Sequence record: NC_048053.1
Reading direction: 5' to 3' (one strand)
Length of the DNA: 64,000 bases
Positions 27,696 through 36,990 of the stretch are shown one piece after another (within the stretch, counting starts at the first letter, position 1; every line of letters begins with the position of its first letter). A model generated the notes under the pieces. That model was given only the letters and a program-made list of their open reading frames with translations. It had not been told where the DNA came from and made no database searches. Position numbers and translations under genes: made by a program.

Positions 27696-28307
27696 ATGAT
27701 GAAAAATATCACTTCCGAAGCAGTAATTAGTCGTTTGCTCAATGAAGGTGAATGGTGGTATGCGCTGGCTTTATTCTCCGATAAAGATCTGGCGACACTG
27801 TTGCAGTCAATGGGAATTGAAAACGCGGCCAATCAACCACGAACTAAAATTGTTCTGGCACTTTCGCAGCGTCTTTCTGAAAGCGGAAAATACATTGATA
27901 TGATCCGCGATTATTTCAACGAGCACTTTCTCAAGCCGTTCGAAATCCCTACGCATAAATCTGAACTGTGGTTCAGTTTTGGCGACTGTGAGGCGTTGAT
28001 ATCGCATCGACTGATTAACAGTGAATACGATATCAATATCGATCCGCAAATTCACAAAGATTTTGTTCTCGACGCTCTCACCATTGAGCAACTTCGTGAA
28101 GTGTATAACATCAACAATATTGCTGATGATGACTACAAAGAAAAAGATCGCGATTGGTTGATTGAACAGATCAACCAAATCGATTTTGTCGAAGAGTACG
28201 ATAGCTTCCTTCGTGACTCCGGCGAACTGTCTCATATCAAAACTGAACACGGTGCGATGATTGAATTCTTGTTCGGTTCCGCAATTGTAGAAGAGGATGA
28301 AGAATAA
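27696..28307 (+). CDS. acidic protein with two HeH-like modules
   Basis: LFSDKDLATLLQSMGI; LDALTIEQLREVYNINNI..KDRDWLIEQI. Confidence 0.72.
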   Translation: MMKNITSEAVISRLLNEGEWWYALALFSDKDLATLLQSMGIENAANQPRTKIVLALSQRLSESGKYIDMIRDYFNEHFLKPFEIPTHKSELWFSFGDCEALISHRLINSEYDINIDPQIHKDFVLDALTIEQLREVYNINNIADDDYKEKDRDWLIEQINQIDFVEEYDSFLRDSGELSHIKTEHGAMIEFLFGSAIVEEDEE

Positions 28308-30473
28308 ATGTTAGATTTCAATTTGCAGCTTCCTAAAACTGGTATGCAGCGTCAAAATGCAATCAAACAAATTGCAACGCTGTTCGGTTCCCTGATTGCT
28401 TCGGAGACTTCTCTTGTGGAAGATCAAACTCCGGAACAGACTATTCACGCATTCATGAAAAAGCAATTGCGTGCGCCTGAATATCCGATGTTCTTGGCGT
28501 GCATTTTTGATGATGGTGAGATTCCGGAAGAGTTTGCAGAATACAATATCATTACGCTGCAAACAGTTTTGGATAACGCTACTTCTGGTCGCATGATCGA
28601 ATTGAACGATCTGTTTGCGCTGGAGTCTGACGAGTCAATGATCAAACTGGCTCGCTCAATCGGCATCAATAATCAAATGCGTGCCGCTACACTCCGTATG
28701 GATATTCTCAAAACAATCTACAAAGACCTGTATACATTTGAACGATTGTTTTTGACTACTGATGCGTTGATGGAATTTTTCAGCGTGCGCTACGCATTTG
28801 ATCGTCAGGCAGAGTCGGTTCGTTGGCTGCAACTTGCCTCCCGCCTGAATGCCTCGCGTATTATCGCCGATAACCGTTCCATCTATGCGAAATTAAGTAA
28901 CATGTTTGGTCGCTGGTATAATGAGGCTGTCGAATACCTTGCCTCTATTTTGGGCGTAGAATCGTCTGCCCGATCTCATATGCTTGTATCGCGTATGGCG
29001 CAAATCGGGCCGCAAGGCATTCTCCAAAAACTTTTTGATCTCGGCCTTCTGTCTCGCGAAAAATTCGATGAATTTGTTAAATTCGAAAACGTCGAATTCG
29101 ACGCAGTATTGAAGGCTATCGTGCAAGGTTGGTTGGATGCTTTCGACGGCAAAGAACAGAATATTATTTCTGTTGACAGTATGAGCAATGATGCTCGTAC
29201 TATCATGGAACAGTTTGTATCCCATTATCGTTGTGATGATGAAGACGATGATGAAGACGATGATGAAGACGATGATGAGGAAGAGGAAGACTTCGAAGAA
29301 GAAGAGGATGAGGATGAGGATGAGGATGAAGACGTAACACCTCCTTCTAAAATTCCTCGCGGTAAGCCTTTACCTGAAGACGATGATGAAGACGATGATG
29401 AGGAAGAGGAAGACTTCGAAGAAGAAGAGGATGAGGATGAGGATGAGGATGAAGACGTAACACCTCCTTCTAAAATTCCTCGCGGTAAGCCTTTACCTGA
29501 TGATGAGGATGAGGATGATGAGGATGAGGATGATGAGGATGAAGACGTAACACCTCCTTCCAAAGTTCCTCGTCGTAAGCCTTTACCTGATGACGAAGAG
29601 GAAGAGGACGAAGATGACGAAGATGACGATGAAGAGGAATCAGGTTCTGCTTCTCAAAAAGAATTGCTCGCGCTTCTTCGCAATCATTGCGACTCTGACG
29701 ATCACTCACTTTCGTATTGGCTCAATGTACGCACCGAAGATGTGCGCCGTGCGCTGATTGACTCCGGCACCATTCCTGCGCACACTGCAAAAAGTTTGCG
29801 CCACTATCAACTGCTGGAAGTCATGGCAGAAGAAACAGATTTGGATATGGATGAAGTTTTTGAGTATTCCGAAATCGCAAACACTGCATTCAAAAACTGG
29901 CTGGAAAACTGGCGCTCCCGTTTCGAATCTTCTGGCTATAAACTGAAAGTGCTTTCTTCTATTGTGCGCGAACTTGTTTCCGGAATGGAACTTGCAGATT
30001 ACACGGTTGAGGAAATGGAAAACCAGATCGAAAGTTACATCGAGTGCATCGAATCTGTAGATGGTCTGTATAAGTTTGCAGATAAGTTTATCTCTGCGGT
30101 AGATAAATTTAAGATGCAGGCTGGATTCCATATCGATCCTGTTTCTGATTCTTCCTCTGCACCTGTATCGGAACAACATCGCCTCTTAATGGTTGAGGCT
30201 GTTGCGGCAAAGGTAGTTGATCCGTATCGCGCTCGCAATATGAGTGAGTCAGAACTTCGCGCAGCACTGGCAGAAGCGAAAGCATTAAAAGAATCTCCGG
30301 TTGCACTGGTGACGAATGAAAATTTTCGTGAAGTGATTCCTACGCTTTCTCGGCAGCAATTGATTGCAGAACTGGCTTCCCGTGGATATAGCGATAACAG
30401 TCTGCGTAAACTCGGTGCTCCGCGTCTCGCCGAAATGTTCCTGAATGCAATGGAACGTATCGTTAATAAATAA
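28308..30473 (+). CDS. 721-aa protein with central acidic tandem repeats and HeH-like modules
   Basis: D/E tract with VTPPSKIPRGKPLP repeats; TLSRQQLIAELASRGY. Confidence 0.8.
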   Translation: MLDFNLQLPKTGMQRQNAIKQIATLFGSLIASETSLVEDQTPEQTIHAFMKKQLRAPEYPMFLACIFDDGEIPEEFAEYNIITLQTVLDNATSGRMIELNDLFALESDESMIKLARSIGINNQMRAATLRMDILKTIYKDLYTFERLFLTTDALMEFFSVRYAFDRQAESVRWLQLASRLNASRIIADNRSIYAKLSNMFGRWYNEAVEYLASILGVESSARSHMLVSRMAQIGPQGILQKLFDLGLLSREKFDEFVKFENVEFDAVLKAIVQGWLDAFDGKEQNIISVDSMSNDARTIMEQFVSHYRCDDEDDDEDDDEDDDEEEEDFEEEEDEDEDEDEDVTPPSKIPRGKPLPEDDDEDDDEEEEDFEEEEDEDEDEDEDVTPPSKIPRGKPLPDDEDEDDEDEDDEDEDVTPPSKVPRRKPLPDDEEEEDEDDEDDDEEESGSASQKELLALLRNHCDSDDHSLSYWLNVRTEDVRRALIDSGTIPAHTAKSLRHYQLLEVMAEETDLDMDEVFEYSEIANTAFKNWLENWRSRFESSGYKLKVLSSIVRELVSGMELADYTVEEMENQIESYIECIESVDGLYKFADKFISAVDKFKMQAGFHIDPVSDSSSAPVSEQHRLLMVEAVAAKVVDPYRARNMSESELRAALAEAKALKESPVALVTNENFREVIPTLSRQQLIAELASRGYSDNSLRKLGAPRLAEMFLNAMERIVNK
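29253..29588 (+). repeat. in-frame tandem repeat: two exact 123-bp units plus one 90-bp degenerate unit
   Basis: 29253-29375 = 29376-29498; third unit 29499-29588. Confidence 0.9.
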
Positions 30474-30478
30474 ACTCA

Positions 30479-30510
30479 AGCTGGCCTGTTCATTCAGGCC
30501 GCTTTTCATT
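30479..30510 (+). terminator. Rho-independent terminator
   Basis: ggcctg-ttcatt-caggcc + gcttttcattt. Confidence 0.65.
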
Positions 30511-30523
30511 TGAAGAGAGAAAA

Positions 30524-31189
30524 ATGCAAAAAGTTGATCTCGACCTTGCAACCAAACTTGCGATGGTGGATGACGTTTCTATTGATCGCCTTCATCACCA
30601 ACTTGGATTTGGATATTCCAATTCTCGTATCGACAAAGTTAAACAGATTCTTCTATTTCCGGCGTGCGAAAAAGTTTTCGCACTGATGAGAAACTATATC
30701 GCAAACTTCGATAAACCTGAAAAGAAAGAAGAGAAAGAAACTTTCGATCCAAACATCGCCACGCAGTACGCCATTCATCAATCTCCCGTTCCTCTGATTT
30801 TATATCTCCGATCTTATGGATTGAGTACCGAAGAAATTCAAACTCAATTACATAAATATTACGCCAAAGCTGCTGATCGAATTCCTGCAATATCGGACAT
30901 TGCAAATATTGCTTCTTGGAAAGAATATCAGCTTGACGACAAAACCTATAACTGGTCATATACCCAAATTTATCAGGTGTGTAAAAAATATGGCCTGCAC
31001 GATTTCCATATTTTCTATGATCCTCTGTACTTCGATCAGTATCATGAATCTCAGGGCGGTTGGGGCGTTACTTTGTCGGAGAAGGATCGCAATGTATATG
31101 GCTATGGTATGATTGGTGGCGATACCATAGAGGACGCTATTCATGCCGTTACCCATACAGTGCGGAAATCCCGGACGAAGCGGCAATAA
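30524..31189 (+). CDS. hypothetical protein
   Basis: 221-aa ORF, gagag RBS. Confidence 0.7.
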   Translation: MQKVDLDLATKLAMVDDVSIDRLHHQLGFGYSNSRIDKVKQILLFPACEKVFALMRNYIANFDKPEKKEEKETFDPNIATQYAIHQSPVPLILYLRSYGLSTEEIQTQLHKYYAKAADRIPAISDIANIASWKEYQLDDKTYNWSYTQIYQVCKKYGLHDFHIFYDPLYFDQYHESQGGWGVTLSEKDRNVYGYGMIGGDTIEDAIHAVTHTVRKSRTKRQ

Positions 31190-31247
31190 ACTCCGCAAAT
31201 AAGTGTCCAAAATTCCGCTAGAAGTTTCAGTTTTATTCAGGTAGACT
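31190..31247 (+). promoter_or_regulatory. class-A phage promoter P4 (-10 TAGACT)
   Basis: ACTCCGCAAA-taag-TGTCCAAAA; 38-nt spacing; 5' hairpin 31254-31279. Confidence 0.78.
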
Positions 31248-31337
31248 TTCCAGACGGGCAGGCAATAACGCTTGCCCGTTGGGAAGCGGCATAGGCGTCT
31301 TTCCAAAGTAGGTGGTAACTTTAGAAAGGAGTCTTAC

Positions 31338-31517
31338 ATGGCAATCTCGAATCGGATCGATCCAATTCAGGCTGTACGTTATTACGAATCAAATCAGGAA
31401 ACAGAGTCGGCGAAACGACGCGCCGAAATGACTCAGACTAACTCAAGTTCAGTATCATGCAAAGTTTCTTTTTCCGATCTTTATCTCAACGCAATCGATA
31501 AACGTAAGGGGGAATAA
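31338..31517 (+). CDS. hypothetical protein (59 aa)
   Basis: aaggag RBS. Confidence 0.65.
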   Translation: MAISNRIDPIQAVRYYESNQETESAKRRAEMTQTNSSSVSCKVSFSDLYLNAIDKRKGE

Positions 31518-31520
31518 ATC

Positions 31521-31769
31521 ATGCCACATTTTTCCGTTGTAAACGCTCACGTAGAATATGTTGGAGTGGGATATTCTGGCCCGTTTATGCGTCAGATTGG
31601 ACGGCCTCACGAAATTGCATCATATCCAACTTGCGAAGAAGCTATTCGTGTCGCATGTGAATTGAAAACCGCAAGCGGTGATCAAACTGACTGGAAAGTA
31701 GTAAATGAATTCTCTGAACGTGTTATGTATGACACGACCAAACAACCTACGGAAAACATAACGGAGTAG
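31521..31769 (+). CDS. hypothetical protein
   Basis: ggggga RBS. Confidence 0.7.
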   Translation: MPHFSVVNAHVEYVGVGYSGPFMRQIGRPHEIASYPTCEEAIRVACELKTASGDQTDWKVVNEFSERVMYDTTKQPTENITE

Positions 31770-31772
31770 TAA

Positions 31773-32231
31773 ATGAAAGTTTCTAGCATTGTGTTATCAG
31801 CAATTATGTTTGCATCGGTACAGCAATCTTATGCTAGTGAGTCTGTTCCCAAAATCTTTACTCAGGATCTAGCGTTGACGAAATCTGTTGACGCTCGCTG
31901 TCAGAAAACTTATGCAGGTTTTGAGTTTCTGCAAGGCGCTGATTTAGATTTTGGTGTTAGTAGTTCTCGTTATGAAACTCGCCCTATGTGGCCTCTGATT
32001 TGTTCGCTGTCTGAAAAGGCAGTTTCGACCAAAATCACAAAGGAGTCATATGGGGTGCGTGTTGTTTACGTGCTGGAAAATGGACGCACGAACGAATACG
32101 ATTTTGTGAACACAATCGAAAACGCGTTTGAAGTTGCGGCGTTTAACGGCAACATGATGGACAACTATAAATCGCAGACTGCTTTGCTTGATGTAATGAC
32201 TGTTCTGTACAACGAAGTGATGGGGAAATAA
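31773..32231 (+). CDS. exported hypothetical protein (signal peptide)
   Basis: MKVSSIVLSAIMFASVQQSYA-S. Confidence 0.7.
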   Translation: MKVSSIVLSAIMFASVQQSYASESVPKIFTQDLALTKSVDARCQKTYAGFEFLQGADLDFGVSSSRYETRPMWPLICSLSEKAVSTKITKESYGVRVVYVLENGRTNEYDFVNTIENAFEVAAFNGNMMDNYKSQTALLDVMTVLYNEVMGK

Positions 32232-32233
32232 TT

Positions 32234-32530
32234 GTGGCAAAGATGAACCGTAAGAAAGCACTGGATGCAATGGTTAAAGCCCACAACGAAGTACAGTCAA
32301 ATACTCTCGTTCGTTTTCAAGCCGAAGGCATGGAAAGTTCTGCGCTGTTCCCGCATCGGGAAGAGATCATAGAAAAAATTATGCGCGGCGTTGATCCTGC
32401 TGTTGCGATTGACGACGCTGTTGGTGCTGCAATTCGTTTGCATCGCATTAGCCTCACCTCAAATACAAAGGTTCCTTCTTTCCGCGATCTGCTGGCTGCC
32501 GAAGACCTCGAACTTTTAAAATCATTGTGA
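32234..32530 (+). CDS. hypothetical protein
   Basis: GTG start, gggga RBS. Confidence 0.65.
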   Translation: MAKMNRKKALDAMVKAHNEVQSNTLVRFQAEGMESSALFPHREEIIEKIMRGVDPAVAIDDAVGAAIRLHRISLTSNTKVPSFRDLLAAEDLELLKSL

Positions 32531-32539
32531 GAAAATAAA

Positions 32540-32827
32540 ATGTACCAATCAACTGGAATTCCAACAAAATTGGAATTGAATAAAATTTGTCTTGAGGCTC
32601 TGACTCTTTATGCGCACGGCCTGATAAGTTTAACTGAACTGTCCGGGCGCTTGAGTGTAGAGGATGTTTCAATCTCGCATGTGACGACAACATTCACAAG
32701 CGAGTGCCTCACTATCTCAACTGGCATTAAACAAACCGATCTCTATTTCCATCTGACTAAATTTTCCGGTGAAAAAGACGAGCGCGGTTTTCCTATCAAC
32801 GACGAAGCATGTGTCGTTAATCTGTAA
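32540..32827 (+). CDS. hypothetical protein
   Basis: ORF in operon. Confidence 0.65.
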   Translation: MYQSTGIPTKLELNKICLEALTLYAHGLISLTELSGRLSVEDVSISHVTTTFTSECLTISTGIKQTDLYFHLTKFSGEKDERGFPINDEACVVNL

Positions 32828-32881
32828 ACAAAATATAGGCGTGGCATGTGCTGCGCCTTTCTACGTTATGGGGAATTATTT

Positions 32882-33322
32882 ATGGGCGTTGTTTCCACTG
32901 TAGGCTATGACTTCTTTCCGAAACAAAATGAAGAAGCGTTAAACTCTCGCGTGGAGTTTAAAATCCAATTGGCAGATAGCACAACCGTAACTTTACGTGG
33001 TGTTGTTGTTCGCAGCGATGCTGAATTGCCTTTCCGTGAAATTGTTCGTCTCGACGATGATCTGTTTGATGACGGCACTACGCACTATTTTGATTCTCGC
33101 ACTTTCAAAAACTATCCGGGTGAAGATAGCTTTATGAAAGCCGTTAATCCGGCGGCTTCCTTTGAAGGGAAAAATGCAGAAGTCTGCTATCGCTATCAAA
33201 CCGATAATCTGGTTAGCGGGAAAGTTATTTTCGACCGTGGCCCTTTAACGTTGATTCAAATTCTCGAAGGCGCGAATATAAATAAAATTGTTCATGCCAG
33301 TGAGTGTCAGTATTCAGTTTAA
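32882..33322 (+). CDS. hypothetical protein
   Basis: gggga RBS before ATG 32882. Confidence 0.7.
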   Translation: MGVVSTVGYDFFPKQNEEALNSRVEFKIQLADSTTVTLRGVVVRSDAELPFREIVRLDDDLFDDGTTHYFDSRTFKNYPGEDSFMKAVNPAASFEGKNAEVCYRYQTDNLVSGKVIFDRGPLTLIQILEGANINKIVHASECQYSV

Positions 33323-33354
33323 CTGATTGAATCCCCACTTGGAAAAGGTTCTCA

Positions 33355-33651
33355 GTGATGAAGAAAACTCGCGGCTCTAAGTCTACCATGCAATCAATTC
33401 CTAAAAATTCCTTGCAGCTTTTAAAAGCTGGTAAAAGTTTTTATGTGAGCATTTCTTCTGGTGACAAGCACGAAGAAATCAAAATGACTGACGATTACAA
33501 ATACGTTAAGTCTTGCATGGTAGCTGTTGCATATATTTCCGGTAATCCAGAAGTGCGCTTGCATTTAGGGCGCAATATTATGGATGATTCGCCGGATACC
33601 TACATCTTCGAAATCGAAGTTTCAATCAAACGTAAAAAATCAAGGAAGTAA
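33355..33651 (+). CDS. hypothetical protein
   Basis: aagg RBS. Confidence 0.65.
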   Translation: MMKKTRGSKSTMQSIPKNSLQLLKAGKSFYVSISSGDKHEEIKMTDDYKYVKSCMVAVAYISGNPEVRLHLGRNIMDDSPDTYIFEIEVSIKRKKSRK

Positions 33652-33653
33652 AA

Positions 33654-34220
33654 ATGACTCAGATCTTCACTCCGGTATCTTCGCAGATTCTGTTCAACAT
33701 TCTCCCGGATGAAAAATACAAAGCAAATTTCATCCCGCCTTCTTATGGGACTCCGTTCAGCGCCGCGCTGGATGTTATAGCGCAGGAAGATTTTTATATT
33801 ACGCACGAAACACAACTCATTCCGTTAGGTTTCAGCGCAGAATTTCCCGAAGGTACTGCTTGCCTTTTGCTTCCGCGTTCTGGCTTCGGTGCGAAGTTTG
33901 GCGTAGCTCTCGCAAATACTCTCGGCCTTATCGATCCGGATTATCGCGGCCCGTGGATGGCTGCGACTTGGTTGAACGGCGGCGGCACAAAAGTTTCGCA
34001 AACTCAATTTCCAATTATGGAAGAGTTCGAACAGAACGGACAAACCTACTCGCGTGATACAGGCAACGTTGGTCGCCGTCTTCATATTCCGCGTGGTGAA
34101 GCGTTCGCTCAATTGCTGTTTGTGAAAACCGAACGACCATTACCTAACATTGTCTCAGAATTGTCTGAAACAGTGCGCGGCGAAGGTGGTTTCGGTAGCA
34201 CCAACAAGATCGCCAAATAA
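33654..34220 (+). CDS. dut: trimeric dUTPase with insertion between motifs III and IV
   Basis: ALDV, PRSGFG, NTLGLIDPDYRG, GEAFAQL, RGEGGFGST. Confidence 0.93.
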   Translation: MTQIFTPVSSQILFNILPDEKYKANFIPPSYGTPFSAALDVIAQEDFYITHETQLIPLGFSAEFPEGTACLLLPRSGFGAKFGVALANTLGLIDPDYRGPWMAATWLNGGGTKVSQTQFPIMEEFEQNGQTYSRDTGNVGRRLHIPRGEAFAQLLFVKTERPLPNIVSELSETVRGEGGFGSTNKIAK

Positions 34221-34229
34221 TTTTACTGT

Positions 34230-34511
34230 ATGGGTCGCCACATGAGACGAGACACGCCGCTTAAAAACTTGCGTGCTGTTCTATTGTATCTGGCTCGCAA
34301 TGAGTACGAGGCGAACGAGAAATTCTTTCGTCTGCATTGTGAAAAAGCATTGCGTAAAATGCGCAGTGAAAGATTCTTTCTAGGGCGCTTATATCTCTAC
34401 AAGATTGGTCGATGGCAAATCCTTTGGATCGATCCATACAATTACGATTGTCTTGTACGTGATAGGAGGGGTATAGCAAAATACAAAAACCTTTACGGTC
34501 TGTTATTATGA
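34230..34511 (+). CDS. basic hypothetical protein
   Basis: ORF in operon, no strong RBS. Confidence 0.5.
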   Translation: MGRHMRRDTPLKNLRAVLLYLARNEYEANEKFFRLHCEKALRKMRSERFFLGRLYLYKIGRWQILWIDPYNYDCLVRDRRGIAKYKNLYGLLL

Positions 34512-34549
34512 CGGCCTAGCGCAAAACAACTAGGAGAAAATAAATTCCA

Positions 34550-35116
34550 ATGAACCTAAAACTTATTGAGGTGATCAAAAGAGGTTCCCTTGCCAGAATG
34601 TGCGTGGGACTGATCCTATCTCTAGCAATTCCTTTGACTGTAGATGCTTCCGTTTCATCTTCACAGCATATACAAGGAGAAGAACTTTTAAAGACTTCCG
34701 TTCAGAAAAAATCTGCATCGAAACGTCTGCAAAAGTTGTACGCACATTTACCGCAGCCAGAAGATCTCGGTGACGTGTTTGATAGCGCCGCTAAAAAACA
34801 TGGAATTGATACGCGACTTTTGGTTTCGTTATGTGTAACCGAATCCCAACTGCGAAAGAACGTTGTTAATCGTGGTGCCATTGGTATGTGTCAGGTTGTG
34901 CCTCGCTACCATGCTACCACGCGAAAAGAAATGATGAACTATCGCAAAAATGTGGATAAGGCAGCGGAAATCGTAGCCGACTTAAAAGCGACTTGTCGAA
35001 ACAATGTTAGGTGCATCGTGCATTCTTACAACGTGGGCAAAACAGCTTACAAGAAAGGCGCTCGTTCTCCGCAGTATTACGCTAAGGTTATGAAGCAGTA
35101 CCATCGAGACGTGTAA
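34550..35116 (+). CDS. SLT-family lytic transglycosylase with N-terminal signal/anchor
   Basis: catalytic TES, GAIGMCQV, SYNVG motifs; hydrophobic VGLILSLAIPLTVDA. Confidence 0.85.
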   Translation: MNLKLIEVIKRGSLARMCVGLILSLAIPLTVDASVSSSQHIQGEELLKTSVQKKSASKRLQKLYAHLPQPEDLGDVFDSAAKKHGIDTRLLVSLCVTESQLRKNVVNRGAIGMCQVVPRYHATTRKEMMNYRKNVDKAAEIVADLKATCRNNVRCIVHSYNVGKTAYKKGARSPQYYAKVMKQYHRDV

Positions 35117-35120
35117 ACCA

Positions 35121-35163
35121 AAAGGGAACCTGTAGGAATAACTTATAGGTTCCCTTTCGTTTA
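35121..35163 (+). terminator. Rho-independent terminator
   Basis: aaagggaacctgta...tataggttcccttt. Confidence 0.75.
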
Positions 35164-35221
35164 TCTCTGCAAATTTGTGTCCAAAATAGTGCTTGTTTCT
35201 GCCGCTTCGTTAGTTTAAGAT
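35164..35221 (+). promoter_or_regulatory. class-A phage promoter P5 (-10 TAAGAT)
   Basis: TCTCTGCAAA-tttg-TGTCCAAAA; 38-nt spacing. Confidence 0.78.
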
Positions 35222-35263
35222 AAGGGCAGGGCGCAGTATACACACATTTGCATAGGTAAACAT

Positions 35264-35560
35264 ATGAGCAAGTTAAGGACTCAAGCACAAGCGCGTAGAC
35301 TCTGGTTAGACTTCATCGCGTTTAAACTCGAACTCGACCGCGTTAAAAGACCTAACGCAACCATTACAGAAATGTCTGACAAGATTTGTGCAATGTATCG
35401 TGCGATCATGTCAAATAAATACAAAACTGCTTTAAAACTCGGTGAGGAAGTTTTGGCAGTTAGTATTAAATACAAAGCGCGTTATGAAAAAGACGCACTC
35501 CAATTTTTAAAACTTTGCAATCTCGCGGGAGAAGTTGTACGCGGTCTAAAAATTAAATGA
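35264..35560 (+). CDS. basic hypothetical protein
   Basis: aggt RBS after P5. Confidence 0.7.
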   Translation: MSKLRTQAQARRLWLDFIAFKLELDRVKRPNATITEMSDKICAMYRAIMSNKYKTALKLGEEVLAVSIKYKARYEKDALQFLKLCNLAGEVVRGLKIK

Positions 35561-35571
35561 GGAAATAGATT

Positions 35572-36084
35572 ATGAACGTAAATGCTTTACTTGATTTTCA
35601 AAACGAACTGTTAAAGCCTTTCGCTCCGTCTCAGGAATTCGCATTAATAACTCTCATCGTTCCCCACACGGACGAGGAAACTGTCGTTGAATTCTGTACT
35701 GAAATTCAGTATCGCTTTCCGCATGTTGCTTCGCTGTACGATGCCTATGCTATCAAGCGCCCCGAAAATGCGATTCCTCTCATTGTTCCTGTCGCTGACA
35801 AAACAAACGTGCGTGAAGAATTGTTTGAATTGAAAGATGGCACTGTTTGTTTGAGCGAAGATTTTTATCTTCTACTCTCCACGTTTGTTTCTCGCGTGCC
35901 GGAACACGTAAGCTCTCCTGATGAACTGCACTTAGGTGCAAGTGATCGAATTGCGAGATTGACGCTTGAAGATTTATCCGCTGCTATCATGCACGGTTTT
36001 TATTCTGGCGTACCGCCGATTATTGGCGAAACGAAACGAAAAGGCGCTGGTTTCTGGCGCACACTTTTTCCATCTGCTGCATAA
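35572..36084 (+). CDS. hypothetical protein
   Basis: gagga RBS. Confidence 0.72.
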   Translation: MNVNALLDFQNELLKPFAPSQEFALITLIVPHTDEETVVEFCTEIQYRFPHVASLYDAYAIKRPENAIPLIVPVADKTNVREELFELKDGTVCLSEDFYLLLSTFVSRVPEHVSSPDELHLGASDRIARLTLEDLSAAIMHGFYSGVPPIIGETKRKGAGFWRTLFPSAA

Positions 36085-36096
36085 GGAGAAATGATC

Positions 36097-36240
36097 ATGT
36101 CAGAGCGGGAAGAGTTTGAAGTTTGGTTCGCACGAGAAAAAGAGCCGAAGATTGATCCTTCGCAGATATTTCTTATGCGAGAAATAATGTGGGAAGGCTG
36201 GCAAGGGAAAGCCAGCAATCTCGATCCAAATAAAAAGTGA
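36097..36240 (+). CDS. 47-aa hypothetical protein (absent from ORF track)
   Basis: aaggag RBS; MSEREEFEVWF...MWEGWQG (alternative start 36091). Confidence 0.6.
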   Translation: MSEREEFEVWFAREKEPKIDPSQIFLMREIMWEGWQGKASNLDPNKK

Positions 36241-36282
36241 TCGATGGTGAGCAAAATTCTGTCTCGCCGTTAGGAGAATAAA

Positions 36283-36990
36283 ATGGAACTGCTAACCGGT
36301 ATTGAGTTTGAAGCTCGTTTGAAAAGTTTAACCAGTCAGTACAATCTCGTTGAGTATCACGAATGGATTCAGAAAAATAATTCTGTTCGTGGCACCGCAT
36401 TTTATCATTCGAACCTGCACATGGATGGCGTTGCGATGTTGTGTATGGATCTTCTTCCAGAAGAAGCGCATGATGATCGCGATGCAGTTTTTTGTTTGCT
36501 CGCTGCTGCTTTGATTCACGATATGGATCATACGCTCGGCGAATATAGCGATAACGTTAATATCCAAAATGCAATTGCGGCGCTCAGGGATTGGACGTGG
36601 GCTTCTCCCGCTGATTCCGATTTCAAACGTCTGTTGCCTGAAATCGAAAAGCTGATCTACATTACGGAATTTCCGTATATGCCGGATCGCGAACCTCAAA
36701 CGGTTTATGAAAAAGTTCTACGTGACTCCGATATTTTGTGGGGAATTTTGCCCGGTCGCGCCGTAACGATTGTGGAAGGATTACGAACTGAATTGCTGCA
36801 TTCGTTTCCTCAGTACACAAGCGACGGCTTTCGCTTAGTCAACTTCATCTATGATCGAATCGACTTCCTTCGTTCGCTGACTTGGGCGACGGAAAAAGGA
36901 AAGAAACTTTTTGATCGGTTTATTATCCAACACAAATTGGAAATGTTGGATTATATCAACTCAGTTAAATCCTACGAGGACAGAAAATAA
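36283..36990 (+). CDS. HD-domain metal-dependent phosphohydrolase (class I PDE-like motif spacing)
   Basis: FYHSNLH..V, LLAAALIHDMDH, IEKLIYITE, LRDSDI. Confidence 0.8.
   Translation: MELLTGIEFEARLKSLTSQYNLVEYHEWIQKNNSVRGTAFYHSNLHMDGVAMLCMDLLPEEAHDDRDAVFCLLAAALIHDMDHTLGEYSDNVNIQNAIAALRDWTWASPADSDFKRLLPEIEKLIYITEFPYMPDREPQTVYEKVLRDSDILWGILPGRAVTIVEGLRTELLHSFPQYTSDGFRLVNFIYDRIDFLRSLTWATEKGKKLFDRFIIQHKLEMLDYINSVKSYEDRK

Noticed and set aside
29334-29588. SKIP (SxIP) and TPPxK motifs in the repeat, matching eukaryotic EB1-binding and CDK motifs
   Set aside because: No bacterial counterpart of these partners is known; the match is short and likely coincidental.
30524-30660. VSIDRLHHQLGFGYSNSRI resembling an FtsK-gamma winged helix
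   Set aside because: The similarity is too short to support without a profile search.
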